Position numbers and translations under genes: made by a program. DNA of 35,754 nt from Thermoplasmata archaeon (GTDB taxonomy: Archaea > Thermoplasmatota > Thermoplasmata > Lutacidiplasmatales > UBA184): assembly GCA_022750125.1 (NCBI GenBank), contig JAKIWH010000003.1, positions 5,655 through 41,408 on the forward strand, written 5' to 3'. The notes beneath the pieces are model-generated. The model was not told the origin of the DNA and ran no database searches. It saw only the letters and a program-made list of their open reading frames with translations. This document shows, one piece after another, positions 26,080-35,105 of the stretch; position 1 is the stretch's first letter, and each line of letters begins with the position of its first letter.

Positions 26080-26343
26080 CTAGCGGTGGGCGGTGTGGTG
26101 GGGCTTGGGCTCGAACCCGGTCGCAAGGTAGCGGTCGATCGCCTTCGCCCGCTCCCCCTCTCCAGCGCGTCGGAGCAACTGCGCGAACTCCACCAGGGCA
26201 CGAGCCTCCTCGGGCCGGTCGCCGCGAGATCGGATAGACGCGAGCAGCCGCTGGGATTCGACGAACGCGAGGTCGATGGCGCCTGCCGTTAGGGCGGCGT
26301 CGCGACGCTGAGCGAGCTCGATCTCCGCCTGGGATCTCGACAT
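26080..26343 (-). CDS. Small helical (TPR-like) hypothetical protein
   Basis: ATG preceded by GGGAGGAG. GDRPEEARALVEFAQLLRRAGEGERA resembles a TPR helix pair. It is the last gene of the ABC run. Confidence 0.6.
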   Translation of the reverse strand: MSRSQAEIELAQRRDAALTAGAIDLAFVESQRLLASIRSRGDRPEEARALVEFAQLLRRAGEGERAKAIDRYLATGFEPKPHHTAHR

Positions 26344-26379
26344 CTCCTCCCTTTCGCCCTACCCGAGAAAGCGTCCCCG

Positions 26380-27195
26380 CTAGAAACGGACGATGCTCCC
26401 CGTACGGAGCGCCTGGCGCTCGAACACTCCCCAGAGTCCCATGGCAAGGCCGAGCGTGATGGCGGTCGACAGGACGAGGGCGCCCCACAACGGCAGGAGC
26501 GTCATGAGGCCCGCGCCCGCGGCGGTGGCACGGATCGCCGAGATACCCCAGGTAAGGGGGAGCAGGTAGCCCAACCACACGAGCGGGAGCGGCAGGAAGC
26601 TCACCGGGAAGTTCGCACCCGAGAGGAGGAGTCCGATGAAGAGGAAGATGTTCCCAAGGATGATCGAGGTGCGCAGGAAAAGGGCGACCCCTCCGAGCAG
26701 GAGGCCGAACCCCACCATCGAGACCGAAAGCAGTCCGACCGAGATCGCGATGGGACCGGTCGACCCGGCCGCGAACGGGACGTGGAACAGGAACGCTGCG
26801 TAGAGCAAGCCCACCGCGAGCGTGGCGACCGAGGCGAGGATGGGGAGGAGTCCCCGACCGAGGTAGAGGGCGGCGCGGTTCGTCGGGGAGACGAGGAGGT
26901 GTTCCATGGTGCCTTGATGCTTCTCCGAGTCGGTCGTCTGGCAGACGCTGAAGATGCTCGAGTAGGTCACCGGGGCGATCGCGTTCCCGAGCACGACGAA
27001 AGCGACCGGCGCCGACGGGTTGCCGGCGAGCTGGGCCACCACCGCGAAGAAGAGCATCTGGGTGAACGGGACGATGAGGACGGTCCCGAGCACGTAATCG
27101 ATCCGCATGAACCCGAGCGTGGTCCGCGGAGCGAACACCGCGTTGGTCCAGAGGACGCGAAGAAGGTTCGGCGTTCTCGTGACGGGGGCGGCCAC
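26380..27195 (-). CDS. ABC-2 type exporter permease
   Basis: EKHQGTMEHLLVSP, LLSGANFPVSFLP and LPLTW. GTG start at 27195. Confidence 0.9.
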   Translation of the reverse strand: MAAPVTRTPNLLRVLWTNAVFAPRTTLGFMRIDYVLGTVLIVPFTQMLFFAVVAQLAGNPSAPVAFVVLGNAIAPVTYSSIFSVCQTTDSEKHQGTMEHLLVSPTNRAALYLGRGLLPILASVATLAVGLLYAAFLFHVPFAAGSTGPIAISVGLLSVSMVGFGLLLGGVALFLRTSIILGNIFLFIGLLLSGANFPVSFLPLPLVWLGYLLPLTWGISAIRATAAGAGLMTLLPLWGALVLSTAITLGLAMGLWGVFERQALRTGSIVRF

Positions 27196-27197
27196 GG

Positions 27198-27998
27198 TCA
27201 GTACTCCTGCAGATTGCCGACGGTGAGCACGTGCTGTTCCACGCGGTGGTAGACGGAGCCTGCGGCCGCGAGGTAGACGAGCATCGTCCCGAGGGCCCCG
27301 AGCAGGTCTACCGTGAACCCCCAGCTGAATCCAGTGTAGCCCGGGAGGGCGGCGTAGCGGAGCGCGTCGAGCGCCCAAGTGGGCGGTAGGAGCAGCGCAA
27401 TGGGGCTCGTCCAGAACGGAAGCAGGACGACCGGGAACATCGAACCCGTGATGATGTAGAACCCGAACTCCCCAAAGTTGTTGATGAACCCGGCGTAGCG
27501 GGTGTACACGTAGACCGCGGAGAGGACGAGCCCGACGCTCGCGAGGGTGACGAGGACGAAGGCGAATAGGAGCACGAACTCGAGCGGCGCTCGGAGCGGG
27601 AGCGGGTGGGGGTAGGCGAACGAGACGACCGCGAACACCACGAGGCCGCCAACGAGCCCCGTGACGGCGTTCACCACGATCCGGCCGAACACCACCCAGA
27701 GGTACGAGGTGGGGGTCGAGAGGGTCGGCTCGAGCGTGCCGAGCTCCCGGTCCTGGCCGGTCGCCCAGCCGGCACCGTAGAGCGTCTGGCCCCACATCGA
27801 CATCATCCCGGCGCCGAGGATCGCGTACAGGACGAGCGTCGCGCCCGACCCCCGATACAACTCGAAGGCGGCGAACCCAAAGATCACGGGAGCGATCGTC
27901 GCCGGGATCACCCACTGGGGGTCGGCGAGGAACAGCAGGAGAGAGAGGCGGACGGAGGCGAGGAACGCCCGCGGGCGCGACGGCTCTACCTTCCCCAT
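27198..27998 (-). CDS. ABC-2 type exporter permease
   Basis: DRELGTLEPTLSTP, TGSMFPV.LLP and LPPTWALDALR. Confidence 0.9.
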   Translation of the reverse strand: MGKVEPSRPRAFLASVRLSLLLFLADPQWVIPATIAPVIFGFAAFELYRGSGATLVLYAILGAGMMSMWGQTLYGAGWATGQDRELGTLEPTLSTPTSYLWVVFGRIVVNAVTGLVGGLVVFAVVSFAYPHPLPLRAPLEFVLLFAFVLVTLASVGLVLSAVYVYTRYAGFINNFGEFGFYIITGSMFPVVLLPFWTSPIALLLPPTWALDALRYAALPGYTGFSWGFTVDLLGALGTMLVYLAAAGSVYHRVEQHVLTVGNLQEY

Positions 27999-28978
27999 CA
28001 GTTCGGTTCCTCTTCGACGAGGTCGAGGTAGATGTCCTCGAGCGCGGTGCGTCGCTCGCGCACCTCGAGTTCGGGGTGGCCCGGGAGCGCTTTCGCGACC
28101 CGGTCGAGTTCGAGCTCGGGACTCCGGACCCGGAGCGTGATGCGCAGGCGCGGGCCAAACTCCTCGGTGACGAGGCGAGAAACGCCCGGCAGCGCCTTCA
28201 CCCGGGCGAGCTCGGCGTCCTCGAACCCGTACCCGTCGATCTCGAACGTCCGGTCCCCGCCCACGAGGTGCCGGAGGCCCGCCACCGTGTCCGAGGCGAC
28301 GATCTTCCCTTTCGAGATAACAGCGATCCGCTGGCAGAGCTCCTCCGCCTCGAACATGTAGTGCGTGGTGAGGAAGATCGTCACGCCTTCGGCGAGCAAC
28401 GCGCGCACGAACTTCCGTGTTTCCCGCGCGCTCTTCGGGTCGAGCCCGATCGTCGGTTCGTCGAGGAAGAGGAGCTCCGGTTGGTGGAGCAAGCCCCGAG
28501 CGAGGTGGAGCTTCTGCTTCATCCCCCGGGAATACTCCTCGACACGTTGATCGCCGGCCGCGCCGAGCCCCACGCGCTCGAGCATGTCCGAGATCCGTCC
28601 CTCGCGCTCCCCGCGAGGGATCCCGTACAGGTCCGCAAAGTACCGGAGGTTCTCTCGACCGCTGACCCGGTAGTAGAGTCCCCGCTCCCCACCCAGAACG
28701 AGTCCGATTCGAGGCCGAAGCCGCTGCGCGTCCCGAACGACGTCGAGCCCGAGTACGCGAGCCGAGCCGGACGTGGGGATGAGCAGGGTGGAGAGGACCT
28801 TCGCGAGCGTAGTCTTACCCGCGCCGTTGGGGCCGAGCAGGCCGAACAGTTCGCCCGGAGCGATCTCGAGGTCCACACCCCGCAGAGCCTCGGTCCGAGT
28901 AACCTCGCTGAAGAGGAAGCCCTTCCGGGAAGAGTACACCCGGGTGAGCTGCCGGACGGAGATGGCGGAGTCGACCAT
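27998..28978 (-). CDS. ABC exporter ATP-binding subunit (DrrA-like)
   Basis: GPNGAGKTT, YSRGMKQK, LFLDEPTIGLD and LTTHYM. ATG 28978 preferred over 29008 because a TATA-like ATTAT lies about 28 bp upstream. Confidence 0.95.
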   Translation of the reverse strand: MVDSAISVRQLTRVYSSRKGFLFSEVTRTEALRGVDLEIAPGELFGLLGPNGAGKTTLAKVLSTLLIPTSGSARVLGLDVVRDAQRLRPRIGLVLGGERGLYYRVSGRENLRYFADLYGIPRGEREGRISDMLERVGLGAAGDQRVEEYSRGMKQKLHLARGLLHQPELLFLDEPTIGLDPKSARETRKFVRALLAEGVTIFLTTHYMFEAEELCQRIAVISKGKIVASDTVAGLRHLVGGDRTFEIDGYGFEDAELARVKALPGVSRLVTEEFGPRLRITLRVRSPELELDRVAKALPGHPELEVRERRTALEDIYLDLVEEEPN

Positions 28979-29105
28979 GGGAACGAAGCTCGAGGGGGCG
29001 CCGACCATAATCCTTCGCGTGGGGAGGCACTGAAACGGTCGCGCGGGGCATCGCGTGGAGCCTCAACTGGAGGCCCCGGTCCGAACCGTCTCCGGACGAA
29101 TCCTC

Positions 29106-29164
29106 CGACGGAAAAACCACCTTTTCCGTCGCCCGGAACCGCGCGCGTCGGGGCACCTTTATAT
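29106..29164. promoter_or_regulatory. 10-bp inverted repeat CGACGGAAAA-N6-TTTTCCGTCG (29106-29131) upstream of TATA-like CTTTATAT (29157-29164)
   Basis: Perfect inverted repeat in the divergent ABC/2-oxoacid dehydrogenase gap. Confidence 0.55.
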
Positions 29165-29198
29165 CGCAACCCTCGCTCGCCCGCGCCGGGTGGCTTCG

Positions 29199-30281
29199 AT
29201 GGCGGAAGCGCGACCGGCGCCGACCGAGACGCCCACCGCTCCGACCGACGAACCGCCGCTCTCCGACGTACTTTCCGCCTACCGAATGATGGTGGTCGCG
29301 CGGGTGATGGACGAGCGGTGCCTCACCCTACAGCGTCAAGGGAGGATCGGCTTCTACGTCCCGTTGCAGGGCCAGGAGGCCGCGCAGGTGGCCTGCGGCT
29401 GGGCCTTGAACGACGAGGACTGGATCTTTCCGGCGTACCGCGAAATGGGGATTGCGCTCGCCCGCGGCATCCCGCTCGCGCTCCTCATGAACCAGTTCTT
29501 CGGGAATTCCGGAGATGAGCTCAAAGGTCGGCAGATGCCGAACCATTACGGATTCCGCCGGTTCCGGTTCGTTACCGCTTCGAGCCCGGTCGGGACACAG
29601 ATCTCGCACGCCGTGGGTGCGGCCATGGCCGCGCGGATGAGGAAGGATCCCATCGTCACGGTGAGCTTCTTCGGGGATGGAACGACGAGCTCGAACGACT
29701 TCCACGCGGGCCTCAACTTCGCTGGAGTTTTCCAAGCACCGACGATCTTCTTCTGCCAGAACAACCAGTGGGCGATCTCGCTGCCGCGGGAGAAGCAGAC
29801 CCGGAGCGCCACGCTCGCCGAGAAAGCGCTCGCGTACGGGTTCCCGGGCGTCGTGGTCGATGGGATGGACTTCCGCGCCGTGTACCGTGCCGTCGCCGAG
29901 GCGCGCGCGCGTGCCATCGCGGGAGACGGCCCTACTCTCATCGAAGCGCAAGTGTACCGCCTCGGTCCGCACTCCACCTCGGACGACCCGCGACGGTACC
30001 GATCCGATGCCGAGCTCGCGGAGTGGAAGGAGAAGGACCCCGTAGCCCGGCTGAAGCACGAGCTTCGGGCGTCGGAGGCGCTCACCGAGGAGAACGACCA
30101 GGCGATCTGGGAAGCGGCGAAGCAGGAGGTGGCCCGTGCGGTCGAGGCCGCCGAGAAGCTCCCCGCGGTCGACCCGCTCACCCTATTCGACGACGTCTAC
30201 GCGACGCGCACCCCGGCGCTCGAGCGCCAGCGCGAGGAGCTTGCCCGCGAGCTCGCCGGGGCAGCAGGAACTTCGCCGTGA
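29199..30281 (+). CDS. pdhA: 2-oxoacid (pyruvate/branched-chain) dehydrogenase E1 alpha, copy 1
   Basis: LQRQGRIGFY, GQEA, GRQMPNH, TPP motif GDGTTS..NNQWAIS and PHSTSDDP. Possible GTG start at 29190. Confidence 0.93.
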   Translation: MAEARPAPTETPTAPTDEPPLSDVLSAYRMMVVARVMDERCLTLQRQGRIGFYVPLQGQEAAQVACGWALNDEDWIFPAYREMGIALARGIPLALLMNQFFGNSGDELKGRQMPNHYGFRRFRFVTASSPVGTQISHAVGAAMAARMRKDPIVTVSFFGDGTTSSNDFHAGLNFAGVFQAPTIFFCQNNQWAISLPREKQTRSATLAEKALAYGFPGVVVDGMDFRAVYRAVAEARARAIAGDGPTLIEAQVYRLGPHSTSDDPRRYRSDAELAEWKEKDPVARLKHELRASEALTEENDQAIWEAAKQEVARAVEAAEKLPAVDPLTLFDDVYATRTPALERQREELARELAGAAGTSP

Positions 30282-31255
30282 CCGAGCTCACGCTCGTCCA
30301 GGCCGTGAATCGTGGCCTCCAGCAGGCGATGCACGACGACGGCGACGTGATCCTCCTCGGCGAGGACATCGGACTCAACGGCGGCGTCTTCCGCGCTACG
30401 GACGGTCTCCAGAAGGAGTTCGGGGCCGAGCGGGTGATCGATACGCCGCTCTCGGAGACCGGCATTGTCGGCACCGCGATCGGGATGGCGCTCTACGGGC
30501 TCAAGCCCGTGCCCGAGATCCAATTCCAGGATTTCATCTACCCGGCGTTCGACCAGATCGTGAGCGAGCTTGCAAAGTTCCGGTACCGGTCGGGAGGCCA
30601 GTACCCGTGCCACGTCGTCATCCGCGCTCCGTACGGCGGGGGCGTGAAGGGAGGCCTCTACCATTCCCAGAGCGCGGAGGCGTACTTTGCCCACACCGCG
30701 GGGCTCAAGGTGGTCATCCCCTCCACCCCCGCCGATGCGAAAGGGCTCCTCCTCAGCTCTATCCACGACGAGGACCCAGTGCTCTTCTTCGAGCCAAAAC
30801 GAATCTACCGGGCGGTCTCGGGCGAGGTGCCCGAGGGGGACTACCGCGTTCCCCTGGGCGAGGCGCGGATCGCACGCGAGGGGAGCGACCTCTCGGTGTT
30901 CGCCTACGGCGCGATGGTCCATCCGGCGCTGCAGGCTGCCGAGTCGCTCGCCGAGAGCGGACCTAGCGTCGAAGTCGTCGACCTCAGGACACTGGCTCCC
31001 CTCGACGAAAAGACGGTCCTCGCCTCGGTCGAAAAGACCGGGCGGGCGGTCATCGTCCACGAAGCGCCCCGCTTCTGCGGGTACGGCGCGGAGCTCGGCT
31101 CGCTGTTCGCCGAGAAGGCGCTCTTCTCGCTCAAGGCGCCGGTCGTCCGGGTGACCGGATTCGACACGCCGTTCCCCTACGCGCTCGAGCACCTCTACCT
31201 CCCGAACGCGCCCCGGATCCTTCACGCCATCCGCGAGACGATGGCGGCGGGCTAG
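30278..31255 (+). CDS. pdhB: 2-oxoacid dehydrogenase E1 beta
   Basis: GEDIG.NGGVFRAT, DTPLSE, EIQF.DF, HSQS.EA and FEPK. GTGA overlap with the E1 alpha stop. Confidence 0.95.
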   Translation: MTELTLVQAVNRGLQQAMHDDGDVILLGEDIGLNGGVFRATDGLQKEFGAERVIDTPLSETGIVGTAIGMALYGLKPVPEIQFQDFIYPAFDQIVSELAKFRYRSGGQYPCHVVIRAPYGGGVKGGLYHSQSAEAYFAHTAGLKVVIPSTPADAKGLLLSSIHDEDPVLFFEPKRIYRAVSGEVPEGDYRVPLGEARIAREGSDLSVFAYGAMVHPALQAAESLAESGPSVEVVDLRTLAPLDEKTVLASVEKTGRAVIVHEAPRFCGYGAELGSLFAEKALFSLKAPVVRVTGFDTPFPYALEHLYLPNAPRILHAIRETMAAG

Positions 31256-31263
31256 GGGTAGCT

Positions 31264-32625
31264 GTGCCGTTCGAGTTCCGGCTCCCGGATATCGGGGAAG
31301 GGGTCGCCGAAGGGGAGGTCGTGAAGTGGTTCGTCAAGGAAGGCGACACCATCGCCGAGGATGCGCCGCTCGTCTCGGTACTGACCGACAAGGCGAACGT
31401 CGAGATCCCCTCGCCCCGCGCCGGCACGATACGAACGCTCCACGCCAAGGAGGGAGAGAAAGTGAAGGTCGGCGGGCTCCTCGTAACTATCGACACGAAG
31501 GACGGAGATGCTCCCGCAGCCCAAGCACGTCCGCCCGAGGCAACGGAAGCTAGCGCTGCCCCAACCGCCTCCCCCGCTCCCACGCCGCCGGCAAGGCCGA
31601 CCGGGGGCCGGGTGCTCGCAAGCCCGCACGTTCGGAGGCTCGCCTCGGAGAAGGGGATCGATCTTGGTCAGATCACCGGAACGGGACCGCAGGGCCGCAT
31701 TACCGAAGCGGATCTTACCGCGGCCACGAAAGTGCCAGAGGCGGCCGAGGCGAGTGCACCCGCCGACGGCGCTCCGGCGGCCACCGAAGCGGACGCGGCC
31801 GGTTCGGATCCCTCGAACCCACCGCCGATCTCGACCGGCGAGGAAACCGCCGTGGCGGGCGCTCCGGCAAAGTCCCCTGCATCTACTCCCGACGCTCCGC
31901 ACGGGCGCCCACCGGACCCAGAGATCGAGCGGGTGCCCATCCGTGGACTCCGGCGGGTCATCGCGGAGCACATGACCGAGGCAACGCACCGCGCGGCCCA
32001 CTTCACCTACGTCGAGGAGGTCGACGCCACCGAGCTCGTCCGGACTCGGGATCGGATGGCGATGCACCTCGAGGAGAAGGGCGTGAAACTCTCGTACCTT
32101 CCTCTCATCCTGAAGGCGATCGTGGCCGGGCTCCGCGAGCACCCCCGGATGAACGCGACGATGGACGACGAGGCGAACGAGCTCCTCGTCCATCACCGGT
32201 TCAACATGGGGATCGCGACCGCCACCCCCGACGGACTCCTCGTCCCGGTGGTGCGCGACGTCGACCGGAAGAGCGTTGCCGAGCTCGCCCGCGAGATCCA
32301 GCAGCTCTCCGAGCGCGCCCGCGCCGGGAAGCTCGCCCGCGCCGAGCTCACGGGAAGCAGCTTCACGATCACGAGCTTGGGCGCGCTGGGCGGCGTCCTC
32401 GCCACCCCCATCCTCAACTATCCGGAGGTAGCGATCCTGGGGGTCCACCGGATCGTCCGTCGCCCGATCTACCGCGAGGACGGCACGCTCGCTCCCGCGC
32501 ACCTGATGAACCTCTCCGTCTCCCTCGACCACCGGGTGCTCGACGGGATCGAGGGCGCACAGTTCCTCGCCGTCGTGAAACGCCACCTCGAGGACCCGCA
32601 CCTCCTGTTCGCGTACCTGGTATGA
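31264..32625 (+). CDS. pdhC: Dihydrolipoamide acyltransferase E2
   Basis: Single lipoyl domain (TDKANVEIPSP), peripheral subunit-binding domain ASPHVRRLA..GTGPQGRI and catalytic DHRVLDG. Confidence 0.95.
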   Translation: MPFEFRLPDIGEGVAEGEVVKWFVKEGDTIAEDAPLVSVLTDKANVEIPSPRAGTIRTLHAKEGEKVKVGGLLVTIDTKDGDAPAAQARPPEATEASAAPTASPAPTPPARPTGGRVLASPHVRRLASEKGIDLGQITGTGPQGRITEADLTAATKVPEAAEASAPADGAPAATEADAAGSDPSNPPPISTGEETAVAGAPAKSPASTPDAPHGRPPDPEIERVPIRGLRRVIAEHMTEATHRAAHFTYVEEVDATELVRTRDRMAMHLEEKGVKLSYLPLILKAIVAGLREHPRMNATMDDEANELLVHHRFNMGIATATPDGLLVPVVRDVDRKSVAELAREIQQLSERARAGKLARAELTGSSFTITSLGALGGVLATPILNYPEVAILGVHRIVRRPIYREDGTLAPAHLMNLSVSLDHRVLDGIEGAQFLAVVKRHLEDPHLLFAYLV

Positions 32626-33677
32626 CCGCCGAACCGGTCGCGCTGCCCTACGACCGGCCGGCGCTCGCGCAGGCGCTGGGCGCCGACTACGAGGAACGGC
32701 TCCTCGCGGCCCATCACTGGATGACCCTCGCCCGCGAGCTCGACAGCCGGATGCTCGGCCTCCAGCGGCAGGGACGGATCGGGTTCTACGGCCCCGCGAC
32801 CGGGCAGGAGGCGGTGAGCGTCGCCGCGGGGCTCGCGAGCCGTCCCGAGGATTGGATCATCCCCGGACTGCGCGAGCAGCTCATCGCGCTCGTTCGGGGT
32901 CACTCGCTCGCCCGGTACGTGCACCACCTCTTTGCGAACGACCGCGATCCGGCCCGGGGCCGGCAGATGCCCTGCCATCCCACCGCGCGCGAGGTGAAGT
33001 ACGTCTCGATGTCGAGCGTGGTCGGGACGCAGATCACCCACGCGGTAGGGATCGCCTACGGCCTCAAGCTTCGGAAGGACACGGGGGTGGCGCTCGCCTT
33101 CTTCGGGGACGGGGCCACGAGCGCGAACGATTTCCACGCCGGCCTCAACTTCGCGGCCGTGCTCGGGCTGCCCGTGCTCTTCTGCCTCACGAACAACCAG
33201 TGGGCGATCTCGGTCCCCGTCGAGCGGCAAACGCACGTGAAGGAGCTCGCGATGAAGGGGGGCGCCTACGGCATCCCGAGCCGCCGCGTCGACGGCACCG
33301 ACTTCGTCGCCTGCTACGCAACCTTCGCGGAAGGGCTCGAGGCGGCGCGGGCGAGCCCGGGACCGCTGCTCGCGGAGTTCCTCCTCTACCGCATGACGCC
33401 GCACTCGAGCTCGGACGACCCGAGCCGCTACCAGGCTCCCGACTGGATGGCGCAGGCGCTCGCGCACGACCCCGTCCGCAGGATGGAGGAGCTGCTCACC
33501 CGACTCGGGATCCTTTCCGACGCCGCACGGACCTCGGTGCGCGAAGAGGCCGCGCGGCTCGTGAAGGAGGCCGTGAACGAGGCGGAGTCGGTGGGGACCC
33601 CCACGCCGGAATCGATGCTGACCGATGTGCTCGCGACGGCTCCGTCCCCGGTCGCGCCCCGCTCGGAGCCGGCCTAG
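32622..33677 (+). CDS. 2-oxoacid dehydrogenase E1 alpha, copy 2
   Basis: LQRQGRIGFY, GRQMPCH, GDGATS..NNQWAIS and PHSSSDDP. Confidence 0.92.
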   Translation: MTAEPVALPYDRPALAQALGADYEERLLAAHHWMTLARELDSRMLGLQRQGRIGFYGPATGQEAVSVAAGLASRPEDWIIPGLREQLIALVRGHSLARYVHHLFANDRDPARGRQMPCHPTAREVKYVSMSSVVGTQITHAVGIAYGLKLRKDTGVALAFFGDGATSANDFHAGLNFAAVLGLPVLFCLTNNQWAISVPVERQTHVKELAMKGGAYGIPSRRVDGTDFVACYATFAEGLEAARASPGPLLAEFLLYRMTPHSSSDDPSRYQAPDWMAQALAHDPVRRMEELLTRLGILSDAARTSVREEAARLVKEAVNEAESVGTPTPESMLTDVLATAPSPVAPRSEPA

Positions 33678-33679
33678 CG

Positions 33680-35104
33680 ATGGCCGGGACGTACGCCCGC
33701 GAGACCGAGACGCTCGTGATCGGCGGCGGTCCGGGCGGCTACATGGCCGCGATCCGGCTCGGCCAGCTCGGTCGGAAGGTGCTGCTCGTCGAGCGCGCCG
33801 AGATCGGGGGCGAGTGCCTCAACCGCGGCTGCATCCCGTCCAAAGCGCTGCTTCACGCGGGAGGACTGTTCCGAAGCCTTCGCGCCGACGGCGAGTTCCT
33901 GGGCATCCGGTCGACCGGGCTCGAGTTTGACCTCGCCGCGACCCAGCGGGGCAAGAAGGCGATCGTCGAGAAGGAACGGCAGGGCGTGAAGCTGCTCCTC
34001 AAGAGCGCGGGCGCGACGGTGCTCCCCGGTGAGGCCCGGTTCACCGGACCTCGGACGGCGGAGCTCGTCGGACCGGACGGGGGCCGGGAGCGCGTGGATT
34101 TCCAGAACGCGGTGGTCGCGACCGGTGCGATTCCCATCGAGCTTCCCGGGTTCGAGGTGGACGGCGACCGGGTGATGAACGCTGCCCAGCTCCTCGACCT
34201 CGAGACGCTCCCGCACTCCCTCCTGGTGCTCGGCGGAGGCGTGAGCGGCTGCGAGTTGGGCCAATTCTACGCGGAGGTCGGTGTCGCGGTCACGATCGTG
34301 GAACTACTTCCGAACCTGCTCCCGGGTCTCGAACCGGACCTCTCGGCGGAGCTCACCCGCGCGCTTACGGCGCTCGGGGTGACGGTACGGACCGGGACTC
34401 GGGCCACCCGGCTCGAACGCGACGCGAACGGTGTCCGGCTCACCGTGGACGGAGGCGCGGGCGAAGAGACGCTCGCGGCGGACCGGCTCTTCGTGACGAT
34501 CGGCAAGCGCGCGGACACCGCGCGACTCGGCTGCGAGGAGGCCGGGCTCGAGCGCGACCCGAGAACGGGATTCCTCGCCGTGAACGACCGGCAGCAGACG
34601 AACGTGCCGCACATCTACGCCGTGGGGGACGCCTGCCGCGCGCCCATGCTCGCCCACAAGGCGTACCGTGAGGGGGTCGTGGCGGCCGAAGTGATCGCGG
34701 GCCGCCCCACCCGCTTCCAGTTCCAGACGATCCCCTCCGTCGTGTTCACGACCCCGGAGCTCGCGACCGTCGGCCTCACCCGCGCGGAAGCGGAGCGGCA
34801 GGGCCGGGCGCCGCGCGAAGTGAAGTTCCCCTACGCCGCGCTCGGCCGCGCGCACGCGGCCCACGCGACCACCGGCTGGACCAAGATCGTGGCCGAGGAA
34901 TCGACGGGCCTTCTGCTCGGCGTCCACGCCGCGGGAGAAGGAGCCGGGGAGTTCGTCACCGAGGCGGGGCTCGCCCTCGAAATGGGTGCGACCGTCCGCG
35001 ACCTAGCCGGTACCATCCATCCGCATCCGACCTTCTCCGAGAGCCTCCAGGAAGCGGCGTTCCTCTGGCTCAACGAGCCGATGCACGTCGTACGACGGAA
35101 GTAG
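33680..35104 (+). CDS. lpdA: Dihydrolipoamide dehydrogenase E3
   Basis: GGGPGGY, GGECLNRGCIPSK, LAHKA and HPHPTFSE. ATG at 33680. Confidence 0.95.
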   Translation: MAGTYARETETLVIGGGPGGYMAAIRLGQLGRKVLLVERAEIGGECLNRGCIPSKALLHAGGLFRSLRADGEFLGIRSTGLEFDLAATQRGKKAIVEKERQGVKLLLKSAGATVLPGEARFTGPRTAELVGPDGGRERVDFQNAVVATGAIPIELPGFEVDGDRVMNAAQLLDLETLPHSLLVLGGGVSGCELGQFYAEVGVAVTIVELLPNLLPGLEPDLSAELTRALTALGVTVRTGTRATRLERDANGVRLTVDGGAGEETLAADRLFVTIGKRADTARLGCEEAGLERDPRTGFLAVNDRQQTNVPHIYAVGDACRAPMLAHKAYREGVVAAEVIAGRPTRFQFQTIPSVVFTTPELATVGLTRAEAERQGRAPREVKFPYAALGRAHAAHATTGWTKIVAEESTGLLLGVHAAGEGAGEFVTEAGLALEMGATVRDLAGTIHPHPTFSESLQEAAFLWLNEPMHVVRRK

Positions 35105-35105
35105 C

